Below, piece by piece: positions 1 through 16,052 of a DNA stretch of 64,000 bases. The stretch lies in assembly GCF_009914755.1 (NCBI RefSeq), contig NC_060926.1; one strand, written 5' to 3'. Below the pieces are notes generated by a model. It did not search any database. It was not told the origin of the DNA and was given only the letters and a program-made list of their open reading frames with translations. The position numbers were made by a program, and so were the translations under genes. The DNA is from the human T2T-CHM13v2.0 reference genome, Homo sapiens. Every line of letters starts with the position of its first letter. The stretch's first letter is position 1.

Positions 1-261
1 AGAAAATGTTTTACAGAGGAAGTAATATTTCTGCTCATCTTGGAAAATTTGGTAGTTATTCCAACTATAGTAAATGCTGAAGGACATTCTAAAATATCAA
101 GTTACAGAGGGTAAAATGTGTCTTTCTAAATTTATTTGCATTGTCATTATCCATATTGGCAATAATGGATATGAATACTGAGTAAGTGTCTTTCACATAT
201 TTTCATTAACATATATTTCAAATTCAAAACATGACCTACTATTTCCTTGTGGATTTCCTAA

Positions 262-546
<285 letters not shown>

Positions 547-682
547 TCTAACAGGCTATTGTCAGAATTTTAGTAAAAGAAAATAAATGAAAGTATGTCT
601 TTTAAAATAAGGCATGCTGGTAACGATCTAGGCAGCTTTCTTCATTTCCAAAAAACTTTTATCATCTGTACTAATTTTACCT

Positions 683-971
<289 letters not shown>

Positions 972-1383
972 CTTACCTGTCCTAATTTTAAATCTTTTAA
1001 AAAGGATAATTGTCAACATGGAAGAAACTACAGGATTTGGGGTTCTTTTTTTCCTTGATCCCTTTTTCAGATGGTTTTTGCACAACATGTTTATGATCCA
1101 CAATTATTTTGTTACTGGAAACTCTGACATGATGTAATAGGAAAAATCTGGGACCAAAGCCTGAAAACTGAATTAAATCCCCAGTGTAATATTTTATCAC
1201 CTAAACAATTCTGAGAAAGTCACTTAGCCAGTTCGTGGTTAAATGTGCCTATCTAAACTATAAGGAAAGTAATACAAATAATTCTATGTTTCTCAGAGAC
1301 TCTGGATAAACAGTACATGCATCTGAAGTGATAAACTGATAAAGTTTTCTAACTCAAAAAATGCTATAGAAATGGTAGCCATC

Positions 1384-1384
<1 letters not shown>

Positions 1385-1431
<47 letters not shown>

Positions 1432-1432
1432 T
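1385..1432. repeat. (ATT)n microsatellite
   Basis: About 15 ATT units; source of the poly-Ile ORF at 1372. Confidence 0.95.
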
Positions 1433-1799
1433 GGGAACTCCCAATCCCAATAGATCTACAAACTGATCATTTCACTTTCTTGTATTTTTCTCTTTTTCTG
1501 TGTTCCCATATTCTGGGGACAACTCCTCTACCTGTTTGCCAAAGACAGAAGCCTTGTAATGTTTGTTATTTGCTGTCATTTTGTATTATGTTCTGACTTG
1601 TTCCTAGCTTTCCTTTACTCTGTAAGTAAACTGGATCCATAATTACATATGTTTAATTTGTTCCAACTGTATAAGTTCCTTGTAATTTGTTGGATGTGCC
1701 ACACTCTTCTGTGTGTCTGTTCTTTCCTAGAGAGACCGTTCTTTTTGCCAAAAAATATCTCTTGCCCTGTAGAGCACCACGTCACTCAGCTACTTCTTA

Positions 1800-2040
1800 C
1801 TCTACCATTCTTGTTCAGGAAGCTTTCTCTGATCCCAGTTGAGACAGAAACACTTCTCATTTTCTCTACCTTAAAAGTTATTGTATTGAATTGTGATTAT
1901 TTAATCAGCTACCTACATACTAGACTGAAACATACTTGAAGACAGGGGACCATGCCTTTTATTTTTATTCTCACTCCTACCAACAGTGCCAGACATATAC
2001 TAAATATTCCAGAAATATGAGTTGAATAAATGAATGAGTA
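1800..2040 (+). mobile_element. L2 3' end relic
   Basis: tagactgaaa..gacaggggaccatg..acagtgccagacata..gttgaataaatgaatga resembles the L2 terminus; boundaries approximate. Confidence 0.65.
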
Positions 2041-3280
2041 TATGTAATGCTTTCTGTTAATTAGGCATATCATACATTCACTTTAATGTTTATCATAATG
2101 GCCTTTGTTATGATTAACTAAAGTGACACCTTAATTATACAAAAAGATAAAATTTGCAGCAGAGTTTTAACATATTTACATTCTCTATTCTCTTTTAAAA
2201 TGCTTATACATATCCTGCATACAGGTAATTTTTATCAATATTGAAGGTAAATTATTTCAATTACCCTAAATTAATAATAAATTAGAATACTCATTTCCAC
2301 ACTACACAAAATAACAAGAAGCTTAAGATAAAATTATAGGAAAAATTAGGATTTCAATTGGATTTAAATATAACAGCTCAGAAGACTTTCTGTCTACTTG
2401 TATCTTTACGTTCCTACTAAATACCATATCTAAAGTGCTATTGTAATAATTGACATACTGTTATTAAAATGAAGAAAGGACCCCCAAGACATCTTCTAAA
2501 AGTATCATTGCTCTAATACATAGGACAGCCTAATGATCTTCATTCTCCCTTAAACAAATTCTTACCTTTTCTTCACTAAATATCAGGACAGAAATCATAC
2601 TTCTCAAGGAAATGGTAGTCAGTAGTTTTGATATAATCAAAACATATGCAAGTCGCAGTGGCAATCTGATATAGGAAGGTTCAATTGCATTTCTATTAAT
2701 CTTAAATTTAAGTTTTCATTTTTTGAAGCAAGATTGCATAATATTTTATACAGTTATGGCATTTTCACCCTAGAGCTCATCTCATCAATGCTAAAATCCA
2801 AGTTGCCTGATTTTCTCACTCAGGGGAACTAGGCAAACAGCATGAACAAAAAGGTGCCATTAAATTTTATCCATTAAAATAGTTGTTTTTAATTGTTTCA
2901 TAAAGAGATCCAACTTTTACCTTTTTCTTTGGTTATAATATGACATATCTATATCATAATCCAAATATTATCCAAAAATGAAATCAATGGAGTCTTTTAT
3001 AACATCTATAATAATTTTGTACTGTGCTATTTTAATTGACACTTTTAATGGATGGGTTTATGTTGATGATAACTTAAGGCTGCTTTCAGTTTATGGGGTA
3101 ATAACTGTAACCTGGGAGAAATAAAACCTAAAGCTATTAATAGATTCAGCTGCATTCACTAGAATAGGACACAGGTTTTGCTTCATAAATAGAAAAGACC
3201 ACAGACTGCTATTAGCAAACAGGTAATGTTTCTTTCATTAGAAAGTGAAGCATATTGAATAGCATGAAATGAGAAGCTAA

Positions 3281-3701
<421 letters not shown>

Positions 3702-5074
3702 TATCAAAAATCAAAAATAAACTTTCTTATAAAATATCCAAGAAATTGAAATATTCACATAATTAAGAATGAATAGATGATAGCCAAATTTAGTACATCT
3801 GGCCATTATTTCTTAAAACATACATATAAAGAGACTTTCTAGTGATTCCGTTTAAATTAAAATAAAATTGATACTCTTTGAACCTTCTGTTGCTATGGTA
3901 AATAAAATACTCAAAAAGATAAAATGATTACATAATTATATAGTGAAAAGTTAAAATGAGCACATTACCTTGAAAACAAAAATACGTGCACAGTACAAAG
4001 CTTCTCCTATTAGGTACTATTTTTACCTAAATTAATGTATACAGTTAAGCTATAAAATATACTATGACATGATTACTTTGCCAATTATAAACATGAGGGA
4101 CCAAAAAAATTAACAGAGATACATTAACGAGAAGCAAAATCTAATTGTTGCATATGGTATGATAAAAGCTGTGGTTTGGTGAAATATGTGAATAAAATTA
4201 ATTAATTTAAATTGCAGAAAATTTGGAGTACCAAAGTTATCCTAACACTTGCTACTGTGAATGTGTCCTATTTCAAAACATCAACCTTTCTTTAAATTTG
4301 TTATTTTACCAAGTATGTTGAGTAGGTTGAACTTCTCCAAAGATCATTTTGGAGCATGTAATCACTCTAAATTACAGTGCAAAAAGTTAAAAAGTTATGT
4401 ACACTCTACTGAGCAAAACAACATAATTGAAAGTGAATTATAATGGTCATAATCTATAGAACTTTAGCAAACATACACCAGACAGCTTTGACACCTTCAG
4501 ATGTGTTCATCCCTCATTTGAAATCTCCAGCCTGTGGTCCTGGGTCCTTACTATGACTTCTCTCCATTCTTGCAATGAAATGCAAATGAAACGGATCCAC
4601 CACAAACTCTTCCCAATAGTCCCATTCAGCTTTTCATCTTGAAGGCACATGATAATGCACCCTGTCATTTATTATCCATGGATACTGCTTATGTCTCCTG
4701 GTATGAAGTGGTGCAGGGATTACTTTGTCCATATTTGTGACTACCCCAACCACTGCAAAACATCATCTAAGAATTTGTTCTTAGCCTGCCTTTCCTTCAA
4801 GATTTAAAGGCATTAAATCAGTGAAATCTGTATGTTTTATTCATTTCTACCATGGATTTATCAACTAGTTGGAAAATAGCTGTGTTTAAAACTTTAAAAA
4901 AATAGTTTCTGTAAAATTCAATCATCTTAATTTTATTCCTTTCATTGTGATAATCACATTACTGTTTTTTTCTATTTCTAAGTGAGAATTTCTGCACACT
5001 TACACGTTACATTGGATTTCCATGTTAATGATCTATAGTACTAGATTTACTACTATGAATGTAATCCAGTCTTA

Positions 5075-5287
<213 letters not shown>

Positions 5288-5600
5288 CTACAAAACAAGA
5301 ATTTAAAAGGTTAACAGCGTAAATCCCTAAAATAAGAAGTGAGCAATTGCTTCTTGATTTTTACAGAGATATAGAATTCCATTTAAATGTAAAGAATGGA
5401 ACTTAGATAAGAAGAGAATAATTGACCGCAATACAATTACTTACTTGTTTGTGAGAAATTACCTAATGTGTAATTAGGTCCCTAGAACTTACACATAGTT
5501 TTAAATAAAATGATTTAAAAAAAGTTGTTGGAGAGCTGCACATTTGTTGTTCACATTTTTGTTAATCTATTCATCCTCTTAAAATTTGGGACAAAATTCT

Positions 5601-5602
5601 CA

Positions 5603-5652
<50 letters not shown>
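5601..5652. repeat. (CA)n microsatellite, about 21 perfect units
   Basis: Read directly from the sequence. Confidence 0.95.
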
Positions 5653-5656
<4 letters not shown>

Positions 5657-7196
5657 TAGAGATATTATTTTTCTTTAACCAGTTTGGGAGAGATAACAGT
5701 AGCATTCCTCACTCTCTCTACTGCTCTTGACCTATTTAGTTAACTACAAGGAGAGAAGAAAACACCAACGAGAATAGGCATTATTTTGAACCTAGCTTAA
5801 GGGAGGTAACAATGTACACATTCAGCTGCTGTTATCAATTTTAATCCATGAATATACCAAATACAGTATGAAATATAGTCTTTGCATGTATAAATATAAT
5901 ATATATAAAATGATCAACAATTTTTGATCTATATCGCTGGCATTCTGAATTCCCAGTACTTTTAGAAATATGTCAAATAAAACTTGAAGCTATATAGAAG
6001 CCAACAGTTACACAGTTAAAGACAAGAAAATGCCAATAAAATTTTAAATGTATCTTTTTCCCTAATGCCATCAATAATAAAGATACAAATGAAAGTGGCA
6101 ATATGCACATTTGTAACAATAAATGATATCAATCTCCTATACTTAAATGCAAGACATCTGTTTTTCTTTTACCCACCACATTTCAAATTTGGAAAATTGG
6201 CATGGCTATTTAAATGAAAATCTGTGAATTAATAAATTTAAGGGAATAAAGATGTATTTTATCTTTACATAACCTTATGTAAATAGGTGATTTAAAGTAG
6301 TAATGGAATAGTAGTGGCAAGGCAGTAGAGAATATGCTTTCAAAAATAGTAAAGTATCTTAAAAAAATATAAAGGTAATTAAAAATTTTTAATGTATTGT
6401 AATGAAATATATGATCAAGTTTGAGTAATATAATCTTCACAGTTTTTAAACTAATTGGAAAATAAATTTAAAAACAAAAATCTCATCGGTTTATTTGTTC
6501 CATCTAACCATTGGGTTGGCTCAAATTAATCTATCACCATTATATAGTGATCTTTTATTATATAAACCATTATTAAATACAGCTACTTTAAATCACTTGA
6601 ATCCAGCTTACTATTTGTTTCATCATTGTACATGCACACTTTAAGATCTCATTAATATTTTCAAAATGGATTGCTTTCACCAAAAATGAAATTATGTATG
6701 ATATTATAGATGGCTACAAAAAAGTTAAAGTAATTGATGGGTTTCATTCACTTGAATTTAAAACTTCTTTATAATATGTTTTAATGCGTATATATAGTAT
6801 TAGTAATTTGATTTTAAAACTCAGAATAACAAAAGATGGTACCAAGTTGCTCATATCTAGAATATGACATGGATCATACACATGACAGAACTGTGACAGA
6901 AATGTGATCCTCTCCAATCAGGACGTTCATGATTTTACACAAATGAATTCAATTATTTACAACTGTAATTGTTCAGTTTTAACAATATCATAATTTCAAT
7001 CCACACTGTAATGTTTAACTTTTTCGATTACAAAGTTTTAGACTCAACTTTCTCTTTTATTTAAATCAACAGAATTGAATTGCAGGCACTAATCCTTCTA
7101 GCTGAAAGCACCCATCCCATTTCCTAGGGTTGTGAATAAGGTTCCATATTTTATTTACTCAATTTGATGTTTATGTTATTGCAAGTAATAGTGTTA

Positions 7197-7532
<336 letters not shown>

Positions 7533-10500
7533 TCAATGATAGTTCATAGAAATAATTATAAAATGTTTTAGGAGTTTACAGGAATCACTGTCTTCCTTTG
7601 AAACTAAATAGTTCTATTTATTATAATAAAGTATTTGCTACCAGTTCTCATTAAAAGTATCATATATTCACATTTTCCTTACATCGTATGTTTAAAAAAT
7701 ACTATATTAATTTGAAAATATTTTCCACATAGGCCACAAAATTTCAAAATATTTACAATGGTTTTAAATAAATAGCCAGTAACGTGAAAATAAAAATAAC
7801 TTCTTTTAAGGAGATAAAGTTTAGAATTTCCACTTTAGGTTAATATGAAATATAAACTTTATGTCATTATAGTCTGTTCCATGGAAGAGCCTGAAAAAAG
7901 CATATATCTAAATTGAAAAGGTAGATCATCTGATTAAGATGAGCCCTGGACAGCCAACTGATGAGTCAGAAGAGAAGGTATAGAAATTTTACTTTCCCCC
8001 AAAGCTCTTGTCCCAACAACAATATAAAAGAGCTGCCTTTCTTCCTGCTTCAGATGGCCCCTTGGCAATACAGTGTGATATTAGAATTTAAAAGTTACAA
8101 CCTTGGGTGAGTATTTGACCAAGGAGGAACTGGGTAATCAACATGTTTTTATTCCACATGGTGGAAATGTGAGGAAATGCCTCCCTTCAGACTCATGGTT
8201 ATGCATTTTTTAGCAGGCAGCAAAACAGAACACAAATTCAATTGATGGGTTTCTGGATGCTACAGCTTTTTGGTTTGGCAGTTCTCACATTTGATTCGAT
8301 TTGAGGACTGTACATCCAGGATCTAGGAATCTTTTAGCTGCAGAATTATTCAAATGATTGCCTAGGAATTAGTTTAATTCTGACTTATTGTTAAAGATTA
8401 TACATTTACTACCTTAAGGACTGAGTAATTTATTAATATATACATTCTATTGATTAGAAAATAATGTTATAGACATTTGGCAAAACCTCAAGAGATCTCT
8501 GCCATGTTTTTATATCTGTGGAGAGCTTGCTTACATCAATATTCACCGTAAAGTTGATGCTATGTCTCAAATTGTTTTAGAGGGAAATGTATGAGTAGCT
8601 GTAGTCTTATGGGTAGAGACAAGCATCTTCAGAGAGGCAGGGGTTTTTTATTTGTTTTAGCTTGGTTGCCGGGAGGAGGGAGAAAGAGGAAAGTAAATCT
8701 CAGGTCTGAGTTTAGTTTCAACATCTACTCTCAAAATTCAGAATCTGATGATAATAATAAAACTGACTTAGATTTAAATAGTTCTTTGTAAGAGACAAGC
8801 CAAGGCTAATGATTACTCTTCAGATATTTTTTTCCAAGGGCATTCAAGACTAAGGGTGTCCTATGTATAGCAGCAAATAAGAGAAGGTTCTGGCAAATAC
8901 TGCTTATTTTCCCTTCTCACAGCAGGGCTAAATTTTAGTAATAATAGTGTTAAAATCATAGGTTCAAATTTTATGCTTTTATTTAGCTTAAAATGAGCAA
9001 TCTCATTTTCTTGAGGTCCAGATTACAAAGACAACCTGTAATAACCTAACCTCACAAAAATCTCGTGCCATAGGTCATAAACAAGAGACACAAGGCAATA
9101 ATATAGCTCAGTGCAAATTCCTTGCTAAGCCAAGATGAATAAATGCAAGTATCTTTCCTACTGACAACACTATAAATCATGAATAATGACTATAAGTGCT
9201 AAAGAAGGGTAACTGATATTCAGTCACAGATTCAAAAGATTCATTAAATATCCATTTACATCCTAAAAACTGGAGAACTCCTTAACTAAATGCACATAAC
9301 CATATATATGTAGGAAGTTGCCTATGCAAAGTAAGTCAAAGTTCTAAAATATAAATTGAATGTGTTCCAGGCAAGTTTGTAGAGGGCTTAATAAATTCAT
9401 TCCAATAGTAGTTTACAATATCCCTTCTGTTCAACTGCTTTTCTCTCCAGAGCAATAATGTAAATAAGTTAGGATTCTGTGATGGCTTGGCAATTCAGGT
9501 GGCTAAATTAGAGAGCTTTGCAGGGAAAAAGCAGAGAGAAACATGTCTCTAACTTGAGCAAAGATTTACCCACAATCCCCAGTCATGGCAGAATTATCCT
9601 ATTCCTTCTTTACAATAATCAATTTAGATAATAAAACTCCAATTCCAAATTTAGTAAGTCAACTATAATAAATTAAAGCTGCAAATGCAGAAAAATGGAA
9701 GCTCTAAATTCCAACATATCTATCTAGCCAAGCTGGTCATTTTTCTACAGCTTTACCCTTAATCCCAGTGCAATGGTCTCTTTGCAGAATCATATGCAAG
9801 AAACATTAAAACAGCCAGGGGCATGGTCAAAATAATGTCTAAAAACTAGTCATCCCAGTAGTTTCAGAGATGAAAATTTGTTTCATCAGAATCCTATTTG
9901 CTTCTTTCATTTCTGTAGCTAAAGACTTGCACTCTTTGGTTCGAGATGATTAATTTAGGAAATTGTGTTTTGTTTCTCACACAATTTTACTGGAATAAAG
10001 ACACTGTTCAAATTGAATTGGAGAACATATTGGAAAGGTACTTGATTAATTTTCATTCCCAAAATGTATGTCACTGAAGTACAGTTTCTAAATATAGTAT
10101 ATGAATTTAAGTTATAGCTGACCTTACTACAGTTATGTTGTAGAATATAGAGGGCAAGAAAAAGCTCCACCAGTTGTTATAATTTTATGCAATAAAACTT
10201 TATGAGATTGTTACTGACTACAACAAAGAGAATAAAATTTGTGATATTAGAATCAATCATTCTTGCTAATCAGCTGCACATAAAAGTTCCAAATAGTTAA
10301 GACAAGGATATTGTCTTTTCATTTATTTTGGCTGTGAGAAAATGTGCAGAGATAATTGCTTCTATGTTCTATTTCATTCTGCATATGTGGACAGACTCTC
10401 TGGACAAAGATAATGGTTTCTACTGCCTAGAACTCCTTTAAAATTTCTATAACACTGTGATGAAACTGTGAGTAAAAATATGTTCCCTGAAAGAAATGAC

Positions 10501-11629
10501 ATATTCCCAGCAGCCCATAGGCAAAACTGGGCAGAAGGCTTGCCATGGGTTCTTTGGGTCTCTATTTCCTTACTCAATGGGCACCATTATCAATTGCTTT
10601 CCAAAGACATAGGTGTGTTCAGATCCTTCATGAACGTTTTCATCATCCTCACTGTTTCTTCATTCCCATATGTACTGCACTAAGAAAGTATCCGAAACTC
10701 ATCCCCACTTAGGTACTAATGACTGGCAACAGTCTAAAATGATACCACCAGGAGAAAAGAACTATCTTAAAATGTTTTTTTAAAAAAAGAGCATTAAAGT
10801 AGTTCTGTTATGTGAAATAGACTTAAATGATGCATAGAGGAAAAAATCATTTTGTTCCATTAAGAACAATTTTTGACAACACATTATCTGTGAAAGACAA
10901 CAAAAGGAATGCTGGTAGACATGTACTGAGCTACAAGGTAGGAAAATGAAGCAAGAAGCTATCACTGAAGCTCTATTATAGCTCTGTCATGAAGATAATG
11001 AATATTGTTCTATATTAGTTAAACTTATGGTTCAGCTGAGCTTAAAAATATTCTAAAGAGATAACTTTATTCCTTTAAACTGAGATAGTGGAGTCTAAAT
11101 GGTCAGAATGTTATGTACATATGTGTGTGTGTGTATATATATACAGCTTATATATATATACACAACCTAGTGAAAAAATAGGCATGTCCTTGTTCCAGAG
11201 ACTATACTAGAAAATATGTGTCTGATGCACCTAACTTTGAATTTATAGAAAGACTTAGAAGGGCTGTGAAGTCATATCCCAAGAAAGATAATTTTTAATA
11301 TCTTATAATTTTGATATAAGTTTAAAAGCATAGGAAAAAGTTTAAAAATACAGAAAAAAATATATTAAATCAAGTTAGATAAACTAGGAAACTATTTGGG
11401 CAGCAAAAAACTTTCCCTCTTGAAGCAGTTATATGTACGTTTTATCCTTAAGTATTTCTCTTATGTTATTTATGTCTTAAATAGTTGTTCATTCTTATAT
11501 TTTGATTAAATTTTTGTTAGTTTTTTATAAACAACATAACAATATTTTATATTTTACTCAGTCTTGTAAGATTTATAATTAAAGAAAGAAGTAGTGTGAT
11601 ATGGTGGATGTTGGTGGCACACTCCATAC

Positions 11630-11950
11630 TCAGAACAAGGGTGTAAACCTCCTGGCTATTCAGGATAAGGCGAGTGTACATGTCTTAAGCACAAGGAAAG
11701 TCTGAAAACACTGGTGAACTGGAGAGCAGGGCTCTCTATCAATGCAGCAGCTGCTACACAGCTTGGATTTTGACCAATCAGGAATGTGAGTGCTGCCCTA
11801 ATAAACTTTTCTGTTTTTTTCCTGAGTAGCCAGAAATCTGGATTTTCATCTGACGTGTTTATTTTTAACCTGTGACATAGAGGAAGACTAAAGAATCCAA
11901 CTCTGTCAGGATGAGTAAATATCCTACTAGCTAGTGAATATTTAACACTT
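11630..11950. mobile_element. MER102-like hAT-Charlie relic
   Basis: gaactggagagc..gcagctgctac..agccagaaatctggatttt resembles the recalled MER102 core; boundaries approximate. Confidence 0.55.
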
Positions 11951-12373
11951 GAGACTAAATCCTGAAGAAAAATGAACGAAACTATTATAAAAAGCAGTGG
12001 AGGAATCTATCAATGAGTAACAAAATATTTTTAGGAAAGTAAATCTTCTTTATGTTGCTGAAAATACACCACAGGAATGGTGGTCTTCGTTTATACTTAA
12101 AACTGGCATAAACATACTAGAAAAATGAGAAATAACCTTAATTTTGGCACACTTGTTCTAGACAGTGCTTTCGCATATTTCTGTTACTATTACACAGTTT
12201 GAGGCAAAGATAAATTTGGAGCAGAACAGATACAAACTAAATATTTTCAAAGAAAATATTTCTCCTGACAACTAAAAATATGCTTCACAAACTCTAATTG
12301 CCAGGTAGTTCTACAGCTCTAACACATACCTAGTGCACATGTTAAATGTTACGGTGTCATCTTGGGAGTGTCA

Positions 12374-12493
<120 letters not shown>

Positions 12494-14172
12494 TTAAGTA
12501 TGTATGCTTTTCCCCTTTGCATAATTTCAGTTTAGTTTAGCAGCAATGTGATTTCAAATGCAGTGCTGATCTGGTAGCTTCAGGGTTTAAAAAGGATCAT
12601 ACTGAGCAACGTAGTTGGCAGTAGAATGAAGAGGCAGCACACGCCCAGGCAGTACAGAAAATTTAGAAAATTCTAAGTGCATCCCTTGCTTCCTCTCAAT
12701 ATTCTTGACATTCAGATAATTTATTCGGAATTAGTAGAAAATATCTGCTGTTACAATCTGATTGTCTGCATGAATTGCAGAAAAAGATAATCTTCACCTC
12801 TCTTAGAAACCTACAGTACAGCTAAAACATTCTTATGATCAGAAATTTTTTTCTGGATAATCAAGTGGCTAATGCTCTCAGGATGACCTCAGTGAAGACC
12901 AAGAGTATCACTGCATATATATATACCCTTTTACCTGCCTGAGGACTTGTCTTAAATAATTTCTGAACTCCAGGTTCTAAAATCTTTGTTTGTTAATTTT
13001 ACCTTTCCTCATGTGTCTTTTTTTCTAATGCTTTAATAGTCTTTATTTCTACCTTATCAGCTTGTCCAATGTCTTTTAGTATCTCATTTACTTTAGAATC
13101 TGGGAAAGAGCGTGATAAAGATCTGAGCATTCTCAACGTACAGGAGACCCTCTAAACCACTAGTGTTTGGTTTCTCTTCAGAATTGATTTGGAAACAAAA
13201 CGATTTCTTGAAGGAGAGAATTTCAGAAAGATTTTCTTTTCTATTTATTTAAATATGTATCTGGATAATTTGACGTCAATTTGACCACATTCTCAGTGGT
13301 TATAATCCTAGATTCATTTGGTGAATAATTTGCCCAAGCATTTTAACATCTTTTTTTTAAGACACATTCATAAACTTGTTTGCCAAATGAAAAAACGTAA
13401 TGTTGATAGAAATTAGAAAAAAAAACACTAAAAAAGTAATCACATAATTGAATGTGGATTTTTTATAAATTATTTATTGTTATACCGTTATTGTCCTTTT
13501 TAAATTGTTTGAAATCATTATTTTTCTCCCCTTGTCTTTTAGTTTTGTAATTAATATGTAATACCAAAGGTATGACATTATGTTTCAGTATATACTATGT
13601 CACTCATGTTAAATACCCCCTTCTATCATCCTTGATGGGATCCCAAATTAGTCATTCTCATCTTCTTTTTGAGGCCAGACTGAGACTCAGAATACTTCTC
13701 AACACAGAATTGGCTCTCGAGTTGAAGGTGCCTTGCCACTCTGTCAATAGATTTCTCAATTATAAATATAAAATTAATCAGTCATGTTCTACTTCACTGC
13801 TTAGGCAATTCTGTTCTTTACAACTTAAATATATTTCATTTTTAAAAAATCTCTGTAGTGCAAGATTTATGCTTTAACAAGCATAAATGCTTTAAGAACA
13901 CATTTTTATATTTAAAATTTGTATGAGTTTCTAAGTATAATTGCTAATAATAAACAACTATGGTGTGGATACATAATGTAACAAGACCCATATTTTAATT
14001 GTTACTATTCATCTCCTCTACACAATCCTTTATTAATGTTTAAAGTAATGGAAACATTGGTCATTTGTATGATTTAATCTCTTCTTTTTGTCCCAGGTCA
14101 CTAAATGCATTATGTAGCAAGCATTAAGATGGTCTGAAGCAAGTAGATTGGTAGATTAAACAATGGGCTCCA

Positions 14173-14397
14173 ATCCTGGTGAACACGGTGAAACCCCATC
14201 TCTACTGAAAATACAAAAACAAAATTAGCCGGGTGTGGTGGCGGGCACCTGTAGTCTCAGCTACTTGGGAGGCTGAGGCGGGAGAATGGTGTGAACCTGG
14301 GGGAGGCAGAGCTTGCAGCGAGCTAAGATCGCGCCACTGCACTCCAGCCTGGGTGACAGAGCGAGACTCCGTCTCAAAAAAAAAAAAAAAAAAAAAA
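14173..14397 (+). mobile_element. 5'-truncated AluY-like element, antisense to LRP1B
   Basis: Starts mid left arm (atcctgg..aacacggtgaaacccc); Y-type ggagaatggtgtgaacc and agcttgcag; A22 tail. Confidence 0.9.
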
Positions 14398-15258
14398 TTG
14401 TCTCCAAATAATCCTCAAATTGATTCAGGGAAGGAAGATAAGTGATGGTGGAATGAAAAATTGAAAGGAGTTAATTTTTTTTTCTTCATAATGTGTAAAG
14501 TTTTAACCCATTAAAAAAACCCATATTTTAAAATTAATATCTCTGATAGCTATTTTATTAAAGTGGTTGAAAAAAACAGCTAATGTTTTAAATGTTGCCA
14601 CTGACGAACATCTATTATATAAGAAACTGGCAATAATATTTGACTTATTATACTTAAAAACAAGCGGAATAGAGATGCCCTTAGTCACCATTTTTTTGCC
14701 CATTTAACAGTCATCATCATATTATTGCTTTGTATCATTTTAATATCTGTGATTTCTCTCCTAAAGAATTAAAGTTATGGGCCATGCTTTATTAAATGTA
14801 TAATTTACAGGATCAAATACACTCCTTGGAATAAAAAGAAGTTTAACAATATTTGCTGAATCACTGGAAGAATTCAAATAGTCCTATATAGCTGATTTAT
14901 TATTACTATTGTTGCTTCTTCTTATTGTTAACTTGTTCTCTCTAGCATATATGTATGTATGTATGGTGGAGGGGAGAATGAAAAATATTATAATAATGTC
15001 ACAATAGTCTCTTTAACAGTTTTAGCCAAACTTGCTCCCAAGAACATGTGATTCAGCAGGAAGCAGTGCTAGAGATAGTTCTTTTTTTTTTTTTTTTTGT
15101 GGGCACTCTCAAAATCTAGAAAACACTCAATAATTCACAAGGCCATAAGGCAATGTTATTATGAACAGAGCATACAAAATCAGAGTGACAGATTCTCATA
15201 TCAAGGGAAGTAGAGAAGAATTTTGATTTTTCAGAAGCATCAAGGAGGAGTGAATTCA

Positions 15259-15540
<282 letters not shown>

Positions 15541-15972
15541 TCAATTCATATCATTGTCACTGTCTTTTACTTTTGGATATCTCTTTAGCATTAAGCAAGA
15601 AAAGCACTTGAAAATAGATAAAGGCAAGTCTTTCTGTCTCCCAGCATTTGACCTTTGATGGGAATTATGTATATTATGTAAAGTTAGTTAGAAAGCACTC
15701 TCCCAAATATCTTCATTTGATCTTTTGAAGTTGGCAAGATTGTAAAAGTTAATTGACATTGCTAAGGCCGTGTGGTTAGAGATTGGCAAGGCAAATAAAA
15801 AAAGAGTGAAACTTTCTACTTCTTTTCTTATTTTTCTATTGCATTACATTGTCTTTTTAGAATATTTTAGCAACTATAAGAATTAATCCTTACATGGAGT
15901 TTTGAAAATTTTTAACATTGTCACATATGTTATTTCATTTGAGCAGTATAGAAATCTCTAATGTAGATATTA

Positions 15973-16052
15973 TTAGGTTGGTACAAAAGTAATTGTGGCT
16001 TTTGCAATTACCTTTAATGGCAAGAATCACAATTACTTTTGTACCAATCTAA
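15973..16052. mobile_element. MADE1 (Hsmar1 MITE), full-length 80 bp with TA target duplication, inserted in a MIR relic
   Basis: ta|TTAGGTTGGTACAAAAGTAATTG...CAATTACTTTTGTACCAATCTAA|ta; 37-bp TIRs. Confidence 0.93.

Noticed and set aside
14173-14397. Exonisation of the antisense AluY
   Set aside because: The acceptor is the weak consensus GAG with no distal CAG, and the donor GTGCCC is poor.
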